64,000 nt of DNA, taken from NCBI GenBank assembly GCA_964016885.1, contig OZ024742.1, positions 371,566,001 to 371,630,000 on the forward strand. The letters are read 5' to 3'. The DNA is from Eledone cirrhosa. Lineage: Eukaryota. Position 1 is the first letter of the stretch; every line of letters begins with the position of its first letter. Position numbers and translations under genes: made by a program. Shown one piece after another: positions 1-12,250 of the stretch. The notes beneath the pieces were generated by a model. It saw only the letters and a list, made by a program, of their open reading frames with translations, had not been told where the DNA came from and did not search any database.

Positions 1-3000
1 CACAATTAACTATTGCTAGGAACAAAGAAACATATATAATAAATACAATTAATTATTGCTAGGAACATATAAACATATATAATAAATACAATTAATTATT
101 GCTAGGAACATATAAACATATATAATAAATACAATTAATTATTGCTAGGAACATATAAACATATATAATAAATACAATTAATTATTGCTAGGAACATATA
201 AACATATATAATAAATACAATTAATTATTGCTAGGAACATATAAACATATATAATAAATACAATTAATTATTGCTAGGAACATATAAACATATATAATAA
301 ATACAATTAATTATTGCTAGGAACATATAAACATATATAATAAATACAATTAACTATTGCTAGGAACATATAAACATATATAATAAATACAATTAATTAT
401 TGCTAGGAACCTATAAACATATATAATAAATACAATTAACTATTGCTAGGAACCTATAAACATATATAATAAATACAATTAATTATTGCTATGAACCTAT
501 AAACATATATAATAAATACAATTAATTATTGCTAGGAACATATAAACATATATAATAAATACAATTAATTATTGTTAGGAACATATAAACACATATAATA
601 AATACAATTAATTATTGCTAGGAACATATAAACATATATAATAAATACAATTAATTATTGTTAGGAACATATAAACACATATAATAAATACAATTAATTA
701 TTGCTAGGAACATATTAACATATATAATAAATAAAATTAATTATTGCTAGGAACATATAAACATATATAATAAATACAATTAATTATTGCTAGGAACAAA
801 TAAACATATATAATGAATACAATTAATTATTGCTAGGAACATATAAACATATATAATAAATACAATTAATTATTGTTAGGAACATATAAACATATATAAT
901 AAATACAATTAATTATTGTTAGGAACATATAAACATATATAATAAATACAATTAATTATTGCTAGGAACAAATAAACATATATAATAAATACAATTAATT
1001 ATCGCTAGGAACATATAAACATATATAATAAATACAATTAATTATTGCTAGGAACATATAAACATATATAATAAATACAATTAATTATTGCTGGGAACAA
1101 ATAAACATATATAATGAATACAATTAACTATTGCTAGGAACATATAAACATATAATAAATACAATTAATTATTGCTAGGAACATATAAACATATACAATA
1201 AATACAATTAATTATTGCTAGGAACATATAAACATATATAATAAATACAATTAATTATTGCTAGGAACATATAAACATATATAATAAATACAATTAATTA
1301 TTGTTAGGAACATATAAACATATAATAAATACAATTAATTACTGCTAGGAACATATAAACATATATAATAAATATAATTAATTATTGCTAGGAACATATA
1401 AACATATATAATAAATACAATTAACTATTGCTAGGAACATATAAACATATATAATAAATACAATTAACTACTGCTAGGAACAAATAAACATATATAATAA
1501 ATACAATTAATTATTGCTAGGAACATATAAACATATAATAAATACAGTTAATTATTGCTAGGAACATATAAACATATAATAAATACAGTTAATTATTGCT
1601 AGGAACATATAAACATATATAATAAATACAATTATTGTTAGGAACATATAATAAATACAATTAATTATTGTTATGAACATATAAACATATATAATAAATA
1701 CAATTCATTATTGCTAGGAACATATAAACATATATAATAAATACAATTAACTATTGCTAGGAACATATAATAAATACAATTAACTACTGCCAGGAACAAA
1801 TAAACTTATATAATAAATACAATTAATTATTGTTAGGAACATATAAACATATAATAAATACAATTAATTATTGCTTGGAACATATAAACATATATAATAA
1901 TTACAATTAATTATTGCTAGGAACATATAAATATATATAATAAATACAATTAACTATTGCTAGGAACAAATAAACATATAGAATAAATACAATTAATTAT
2001 TGCTAGGAACATATAAATATATAATAAATACAATTAATTAATGCTAGGAACATATAAACATATAATAAATACAATTAATAATTGTTAGGAACAAATAAAC
2101 ATATATAATAAATACAATTAATTATTGCTAGGAACATATAAACATAAATAATAAATACAATTAACTATTGCTAGGAACATATACACATATATAATAAATA
2201 CAATTAATTATTGCTAGGAACATATAAACATATATAATAAATACAATTAATTATTGCTAGGAAAATATAAACATATATAATAAATACAATTAATTATTGC
2301 TAGGAACATATAAACATATAATAAATACAATTAATTATTGTTAGGAACATATAAACATATATAATAAATACAATTAATTATTGATAGGAACATATAAACA
2401 TATAATAAATACAATTAATTATTGCTAGGAACATATGAACATATATAATAAATACAATTAATTATTGCTAGGAACATATAAACATATAATAAATACAATT
2501 AATTATTGTTAGGAACATATAAACATATATAGTAAATACAATTAATTATTGCTCGGAACATATAAACATATATAATAAATACAATTAATTATTGTTAGGA
2601 ACATATAAACATATATAATAAATACAATTAATTATTGCTAGGAACATATAAACATATAATAAATACAATTAATTATTGCTAGGAACATATAAACATATAT
2701 AATAAATACAATTAATTATTGCTAGGAACATATAAACATATATAATAAATACAATTAATTATTGCTAGGAACATATATAATAAATACAATTAATTATTGC
2801 TAGGAACATATAAACATATATAATAAATACAATTAACTATTGCTAGGAACATATAAACATATATAATAAATATAATTAATTATTGCTAGGAACCTATAAA
2901 CATATATAATAAATACAATTAATTATTGCTAGGAACATATATAATAAATACAATTAACTATTGCTACGAACATATACACATATATCATAAATACAATTAA

Positions 3001-4727
3001 TTATTGCTAGGAACATATAAACATATATAATAAATACAATTAATTATTGCTAGGAACATATAAACATATATAATAAATACAATTAACTATTGCTAGGAAC
3101 ATATAAACATATATAATAAATACAATTAATTATTGCTAGGAACCTATAAACATATATAATAAATACAACTAATTATTGCTAGGCACATATAAACATATAT
3201 AATAGATACAATTAATTATTGTTAGGAACATATAAACACATATAATAAATACTATTAATTATTGCTAGGAACATATAAACATATATAATAAATACAATTA
3301 ATTATTGTTAGGAACATATAAACACATATAATAAATACAATTAATTATTGCTAGGAACATATAAAAATATATAATAAATACAATTAATTATTGTTAGGAA
3401 CATATAAACATATATAATAAATACAATTAATTTATCGCTAGGAACATATAAACATATATAATAAATACAATTAATTATTGCTAGGAACAAATAAATATAC
3501 ATAATGAATACAATTAATTATTGCTAGGAACATATAAACATATATAATAAATACAATTAATTATTGTTAGGAACATATAAACATATATAATAAATACAAT
3601 TAATTATTGTTAGGAACATATAAACATATATAATAAATACAATTAATTATTGCTAGGAACATATAAACATAAATAATAAATACAATTAACCCTTGCTAGG
3701 AACATATACACATATATAATAAATACAATTAATTATTGCTAGGAACATATAAACATATATAATAAATACAATTAATTATTGCTAGGAAAATATAAACATA
3801 TATAATAAATACAATTAATTATTGCTAGGAACATATAAACATATAATAAATACAATTAATTATTGTTAGGAACATATAAACATATATAATAAATACAATT
3901 AATTATTGCTAGGAACATATAAACATATAATAAATACAATTAATTATTGCTAGGAACATATGAACATATATAATAAATACAATTAATTATTGCTAGGAAC
4001 ATATAAACATATAATAAATACAATTAATTATTGTTAGGAACATATAAACATATATAGTAAATACAATTAATTATTGCTCGGAACATATAAACATATATAA
4101 TAAATACAATTAATTATTGTTAGGAACATATAAACATATATAATAAATACAATTAATTATTGCTAGGAAAATATAAACATATATAATAAATACAATTAAT
4201 TATTGCTAGGAACATATAAACATATAATAAATACAATTAATTATTGTTAGGAACATATAAACATATATAATAAATACAATTAATTATTGATAGGAACATA
4301 TAAACATACAATAAATACAATTAATTATTGCTAGGAACATATGAACATATATAATAAATACAATTAATTATTGCTAGGAACATATAAACATATAATAAAT
4401 ACAATTAATTATTGTTAGGAACATATAAACATATATAGTAAATACAATTAATTATTGCTCGGAACATATAAACATATATAATAAATACAATTAATTATTG
4501 TTAGGAACATATAAACATATATAATAAATACAATTAATTATTGCTAGGAACATATAAACATATAATAAATACAATTAATTATTGCTAGGAACATATAAAC
4601 ATATATAATAAATACAATTAATTATTGCTAGGAACATATAAACATATATAATAAATACAATTAATTATTGCTAGGAACATATATAATAAATACAATTAAT
4701 TATTGCTAGGAACATATAAACATATAT
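1..4727. repeat. 43-bp AT-rich satellite array, segment 1 (continues past the left edge)
   Basis: Head-to-tail copies of CAATTAATTATTGCTAGGAACATATAAACATATATAATAAATA (CAATT starts at 3, 46, 89...). Length variants of 41, 35 and 33 bp and recurrent substitutions are present. Confidence 0.99.
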
Positions 4728-6284
4728 CATCATCACCGTTTTACGTCCGTTCTTCCACGCTAGCATGGGTTAGACGGGTTGTCCTGTTGTGGGCAGTGTC
4801 TGGTCGGCTGACCATGCCTTGCTCATACAGGAACTGATCTGGCTTGATTTCTACAGCTGGATGCCCTTCCTAACACCAACCTCATTTACAGTGAGTGCTG
4901 GGTGCTTTTTCGTGGCGCCTACACGTCCACTTTACAGTGTGGGCTGGGTGCTTTTTTGCCGTGGCACCTCCACGACCACCTTGCGGTGGGGGGGGGGGGC
5001 ATATTGTTTATATGCTTCAGCATGTACCCATGGGAGGTCGGGTACCCTGTATTACTGCGTGACGCCAGAAGTCACGGTCGTGTGTCATTGACTTTGAGAG
5101 GTGTAGTTGGGTAAGGTCGGCTTTTATCACCTCATCCCAAGTCATCTTGGGTCTCCCCACTCCGCGGTTTCCATCAACTTCTAGTGCTCTGCACCTTTTT
5201 ATGCAGCTGTCATCCTTCATACGCATCACATGTCCATACCAGCGTAACCGCCTCTCCTGCACGCAGCATTTGATTCCTCTTATGCTCAGTCTCTCTCTCA
5301 ATTCATTTATGCTTTGTCGTTCACGTATATTACTGTTACACATCCATCGGAGCATGCAGGCTTCGTTTCTCTCTAATCTACGTAAGTCTTCCACCTTCAG
5401 CGCCCAGGTCTCACTACCATGCAACATCGCTGTTCGGATACACGCATCATACAGTCTGCCTTTCATTCTGAGGGAGAAGCCTTTTGCAGCTAGCAGTGGT
5501 AGTAGTTCCCTAAACTTCTTCCATCCCGTTCTTACCCTAGTTATTGTACTTTCTGAGCACCCACCTCCGTTGCTAATTCGGTCACCTAGGTAGCAGAAGC
5601 TGTCTACTGTTTCTACAGGGCCCTCCCAGAGATTGGTGGTACTTGTTTCCTGTGGCTGTTTGCTTGCTGTTTCAGCACAGCTGCTGCATGTGAATCCTAC
5701 ATTCTTAATTAAGCTTCCTGAGATCCCGCTACATCTCTTGTGTACCCATTGTTTGCATTTGGGGCAAAGAATGGAGTTCCTACCTACACCTTTCCTACAT
5801 ACTGAGCAAGGCCATTTCCCTGAGGGGATCTGGGTTCTGTTTTCTCGTCTACTTATAAGGACCTTAGTCTTTGTCATGTTGACTTTGAGGCCCTTTCTCT
5901 CTAGTCCCTGCTTCCAGGTTTGGAATTTATTCTCTAGTTCTACCATAGATTCAGCTATGAGTGCGAGGTCATCAGCATACAGGAGTTCCCATGGGCATCC
6001 GGTCTTAAACTCCTCCGTTATTGCCTGCAGGACTATGATGAACAGGAGAGGGCTAAGAACAGAGCCCTGGTGGACCCCAACCTGTACGCTAAATTCCTCG
6101 CTATACTCATTGCCAATCCTAACTTTGCTGACTGCTCCCCTATACATGGCTTGTACCGCTTTCACAAGCCATTCATCTACTCCTAGTTTTCTAAGAGCCC
6201 ACCAGATTACTGCACGTGGAACTCTGTCAAAGGCTTTCTCAAGGTCGACAAATGCCAAGTAGAGTGGCTTACTTTTAGCTAGAT
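4728..6284 (-). mobile_element. 5'-truncated RTE-clade non-LTR retrotransposon (subfamily A)
   Basis: Abrupt switch to mixed-composition sequence. Short (CAT)n tail at 4728 ((ATG)n in element sense), 3' UTR of about 290 bp, and an RT frame that starts mid-domain at the satellite junction. Empty paralogous sites at 2821/2822 and 7895/7896 show no clear TSD (at most 2 bp AT). Confidence 0.95.
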
Positions 6285-6285
6285 A
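5017..6285 (-). pseudogene. Truncated RTE ORF: C-terminal part of reverse transcriptase, thumb and C-terminal domain, with no internal stops
   Basis: Motifs AFVDLEKAFDRV, GVHQGSVLSPLLF, LLYADD (YADD at 5968-5979), GLKVNMTKTK, FCYLG, HGSETW, RRLRWYGHVMR and GRPKMTW are typical of RTE-clade LINEs. The endonuclease and RT N-terminus are absent. The first 10 aa of the 5017..6315 ORF call come from satellite. Confidence 0.93.
5677..5808 (-). other. PHD-like C4HC3 zinc finger inserted within the RT
   Basis: CSVC-x10-CPKC-x4-H-x2-C-x14-CSSC (aa 170-213 of the ORF), located between the GLKVNMTKTK and FCYLG motifs. Confidence 0.8.
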
Positions 6286-9200
6286 ATAAATACAATTAAC
6301 TATTGCTAGGAACATATAAACATATATAATAAATATAATTAATTATTGCTAGGAACCTATAAACATATATAATAAATACAATTAATTATTGCTAGGAACA
6401 TATATAATAAATACAATTAACTATTGCTACGAACATATACACATATATCATAAATACAATTAATTATTGCTAGGAAGATATAAACATATATAATAAATAC
6501 AATTAATTATTGCTAGGAACATATAAATATATATAATAAATACAATTAACTATTGCTAGGAACATATAAACATATATAATAAATACAATTAATTATTGCT
6601 AGGAACCCATAAACATATATAATAAATACAATTAACTATTGCTAGGAACCTATAAACATATATAATAAATACAATTAATTATTGCTAGGAACCTATAAAC
6701 ATATATAATAAATACAACTAATTATTGCTAGGCACATATAAACATATATAATAGATACAATTAATTATTGTTAGTAACATATAAACACATATAATAAATA
6801 CAATTAATTATTGCTAGGAACATATAAACATATATAATAAATACAATTAATTATTGTTAGGAACATATAAACACATATAATAAATACAATTAATTATTGC
6901 TAGGAACATATAAAAATATATAATAAATACAATTAATTATTGTTAGGAACATATAAACATATATAATAAATACAATTAATTTATCGCTAGGAACATATAA
7001 ACATATATAATAAATACAATTAATTATTGCTAGGAACAAATAAATATACATAATGAATACAATTAATTATTGCTAGGAACATATAAACATATATAATAAA
7101 TACAATTAATTATTGTTAGGAACATATAAACATATATAATAAATACAATTAATTATTGTTAGGAACATATAAACATATATAATAAATACAATTAATTATT
7201 GCTAGGAACATATAAACATAAATAATAAATACAATTAACCCTTGCTAGGAACATATACACATATATAATAAATACAATTAATTATTGCTAGGAACATATA
7301 AACATATATAATAAATACAATTAATTATTGCTAGGAAAATATAAACATATATAATAAATACAATTAATTATTGCTAGGAACATATAAACATATAATAAAT
7401 ACAATTAATTATTGTTAGGAACATATAAACATATATAATAAATACAATTAATTATTGCTAGGAACATATAAACATATAATAAATACAATTAATTATTGCT
7501 AGGAACATATGAACATATATAATAAATACAATTAATTATTGCTAGGAACATATAAACATATAATAAATACAATTAATTATTGTTAGGAACATATAAACAT
7601 ATATAGTAAATACAATTAATTATTGCTCGGAACATATAAACATATATAATAAATACAATTAATTATTGTTAGGAACATATAAACATATATAATAAATACA
7701 ATTAATTATTGCTAGGAACATATAAACATATAATAAATACAATTAATTATTGCTAGGAACATATAAACATATATAATAAATACAATTAATTATTGCTAGG
7801 AACATATAAACATATATAATAAATACAATTAATTATTGCTAGGAACATATATAATAAATACAATTAATTATTGCTAGGAACATATAAACATATATAATAA
7901 ATACAATTAACTATTGCTAGGAACATATAAACATATATAATAAATATAATTAATTATTGCTAGGAACCTATAAACATATATAATAAATACAATTAATTAT
8001 TGCTAGGAACATATATAATAAATACAATTAACTATTGCTACGAACATATACACATATATCATAAATACAATTAATTATTGCTAGGAACATATAAACATAT
8101 ATAATAAATACAATTAATTATTGCTAGGAACATATAAACATATATAATAAATACAATTAACTATTGCTAGGAACATATAAACATATATAATAAATACAAT
8201 TAATTATTGCTAGGAACCTATAAACATATATAATAAATACAATTAACTATTGCTAGGAACCTATAAACATATATAATAAATACAATTAATTATTGCTAGG
8301 AACCTATAAACATATATAATAAATACAACTAATTATTGCTAGGCACATATAAACATATATAATAGATACAATTAATTATTGTTAGGAACATATAAACACA
8401 TATAATAAATACAATTAATTATTGCTAGGAACATATAAACATATATAATAAATACAATTAATTATTGTTAGGAACATATAAACACATATAATAAATACAA
8501 TTAATTATTGCTAGGAACATATAAACATATATAATAAATACAATTAATTATTGTTAGGAACATATAAACACATATAATAAATACAATTAATTATTGTTAG
8601 GAACATATAAACATATATAATAAATACAATTAATTATTGCTAGGAACAAATAAACATATATAATAAATACAATTAATTATTGCTAGGAACATATAAACAT
8701 ATATAATAAATACAATTAATTATTGCTAGGAACATATAAACACATATAATAAATACAATTAATTATTGCTAGGAACATATAAACATATATAATAAATACA
8801 ATTAATTATTGCTAGGAACAAATAAACATATATAATGAATACAATTAACTATTGCTAGGAACATATAAACATATAATAAATACAATTAATTATGGCTAGG
8901 AACATATAAACATATACGATAAATACAATTAATTATTGCTAGGAACATATAAACATATATAATAAATACAATTAATTATTGTTAGGAACATATAAACATA
9001 TATAATAAATACAATTAATTATTGTTAGGAACATATAAACATATAATAAATACAATTAATTACTGCTAGGAACATATAAACATATATAATAAATACAATT
9101 AATTATTGCTAGGAACATATAAACATATATAATAAATACAATTAACTATTGCTAGGAACATATAAACATATATAATAAATACAATTAACTACTGCTAGGA

Positions 9201-9399
9201 ACAAATAAACATATATAATAAATACAATTAATTATTGCTAGGAACATATAAACATATAATAAATACAGTTAATTATTGCTAGGAACATATAAACATATAA
9301 TAAATACAGTTAATTATTGCTAGGAACATATAAACATATATAATAAATACAATTAATTATTGTTAGGAACATATAATAAATACAATTAATTATTGTTAT

Positions 9400-12250
9400 G
9401 AACATATAAACATATATAATAAATACAATTAATTATTGCTAGGAACATATAAACATATATAATAAATACAATTAATTATTGCTAGGAACAAATAAACATA
9501 TATAATGAATACAATTAACTATTGCTAGGAACATATAAACATATAATAAATAGAATTAATTATTGCTAGGAACATATAAACATATACAATAAATACAATT
9601 AATTATTGCTAGGAACATATAAACATATATAATAAATACAATTAATTATTGCTAGGAACATATAAACATATATAATAAATACAATTAATTATTGTTAGTA
9701 ACATATAAACATATAATAAATACAATTAATTACTGCTAGGAACATATAAACATATATAATAAATATAATTAATTATTGCTAGGAACATATAAACATATAT
9801 AATAAATACAATTAACTATTGCTAGGAACATATAAACATATATAATAAATACAATTAACTACTGCTAGGAACAAATAAACATATATAATAAATACAATTA
9901 ATTATTGCTAGGAACATATAAACATATAATAAATACAGTTAATTATTGCTAGGAACATATAAAGATATAATAAATACAGTTAATTATTGCTAGGAACATA
10001 TAAACATATATAATAAATACAATTAACTATTGCTAGGAACATATAATAAATACAATTAACTACTGCCAGGAACAAATAAACTTATATAATAAATACAATT
10101 AATTATTGTTAGGAACATATAAACATATAATAAATACAATTAATTATTGCTTGGAACATATAAACATATATAATAAATACAATTAATTATTGCTAGGAAC
10201 ATATAAATATATATAATAAATACAATTAACTATTGCTAGGAACAAATAAACATATAGAATAAATACAATTAATTATTGCTAGGAACATATAAATATATAA
10301 TAAATACAATTAATTATTGCTAGGAACATATAAACATATATAATAAATACAATTAATTATTGCTAGGAACATATAAACATATATAATAAATACAATTAAC
10401 TATTGCTAGGAACATATAAACATATATAATAAATACAATTAATTATTGCTAGGAATAAATAAACATATAATAAATACAATTAATTGTTGCTAGGAACATA
10501 TAAACATATAATAAATACAATTAATTATTGCTAGGAACATATAAACATATATAATAAATATAATTAATTATTGTTAGGAACATATAAGCATATATAATAA
10601 ATACAATTAATTATTGCTAGGAACATATAAAATATATATAATAAATACAATTAACTATTGCTAGGAACATATGAACATATATAATAAATATAATTAACTA
10701 TTGCTAGGAACATATAAACATATATATAATATAAATACAATTAACTAATGCCAGGAACAAATAAACATATATAATAAATACAATTAATTATTGTTAGGAA
10801 CATATAAACATATATAATAAATACAATTAATTATTGCTAGGAACATATAAACATATATAATAAATACAATTAATTATTGCTAGGAACAAATAAACATATA
10901 TAATGAATACAATTAACTATTGCTAGGAACATATAAACATATAATAAATAGAATTAATTATTGCTAGGAACATATAAACATATACAATAAATACAATTAA
11001 TTATTGCTAGGAACATATAAACATATATAATAAATACAATTAATTATTGCTAGGAACATATAAACATATATAATAAATACAATTAATTATTGTTAGTAAC
11101 ATATAAACATATAATAAATACAATTAATTACTGCTAGGAACATATAAACATATATAATAAATATAATTAATTATTGCTAGGAACATATAAACATATATAA
11201 TAAATACAATTAACTATTGCTAGGAACATATAAACATATATAATAAATACAATTAACTACTGCTAGGAACAAATAAACATATATAATAAATACAATTAAT
11301 TATTGCTAGGAACATATAAACATATAATAAATACAGTTAATTATTGCTAGGAACATATAAAGATATAATAAATACAGTTAATTATTGCTAGGAACATATA
11401 AACATATATAATAAATACAATTAACTATTGCTAGGAACATATAATAAATACAATTAACTACTGCCAGGAACAAATAAACTTATATAATAAATACAATTAA
11501 TTATTGTTAGGAACATATAAACATATAATAAATACAATTAATTATTGCTTGGAACATATAAACATATATAATAAATACAATTAATTATTGCTAGGAACAT
11601 ATAAATATATATAATAAATACAATTAACTATTGCTAGGAACAAATAAACATATAGAATAAATACAATTAATTATTGCTAGGAACATATAAATATATAATA
11701 AATACAATTAATTATTGCTAGGAACATATAAACATATATAATAAATACAATTAATTATTGCTAGGAACATATAAACATATATAATAAATACAATTAACTA
11801 TTGCTAGGAACATATAAACATATATAATAAATACAATTAATTATTGCTAGGAATAAATAAACATATAATAAATACAATTAATTGTTGCTAGGAACATATA
11901 AACATATAATAAATACAATTAATTATTGCTAGGAACATATAAACATATATAATAAATATAATTAATTATTGTTAGGAACATATAAGCATATATAATAAAT
12001 ACAATTAATTATTGCTAGGAACATATAAAATATATATAATAAATACAATTAACTATTGCTAGGAACATATGAACATATATAATAAATATAATTAACTATT
12101 GCTAGGAACATATAAACATATATATAATATAAATACAATTAACTAATGCCAGGAACAAATAAACATATATAATAAATACAATTAATTATTGTTAGGAACA
12201 TATAAACATATATAATAAATACAATTAATTATTGCTAGGAACATATAAAC
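9400..12250. repeat. Tandem higher-order duplication with a 1398-bp period (boundaries approximate)
   Basis: Private variants recur at exactly +1398: TAGAATT (9553/10951), AAAGATA (9964/11362), TAAGCA (10588/11986). Confidence 0.9.

Noticed and set aside
4947-4975. Pistol ribozyme (CGUGG...CCACG stem followed by an A-rich linker)
   Set aside because: Only the first stem is similar. The P2/P3 arrangement and cleavage-site context are not evident.
4789-5114. Plus-strand ORFs of 100 aa and 70 aa, and the similar 62203-62415 ORF (FYSWMPFLTPT)
   Set aside because: Antisense to the 3' UTR. The shared peptide reflects a conserved nucleotide block, and the starts and ends are not conserved.
5147-6262. 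Plus-strand ORFs of 148 aa and 209 aa (also 62695-63069, 124 aa)
   Set aside because: Antisense shadows of the RT frame with no recognisable motifs. Their mutual similarity follows from conservation of the sense strand.
6286-6315. Satellite-supplied ATG in frame with the truncated RT (MFLAIVNCIY)
   Set aside because: Every monomer has minus-strand ATGs, so an in-frame fusion is likely by chance. The product lacks the RT N-terminus and endonuclease, and there is no promoter evidence.
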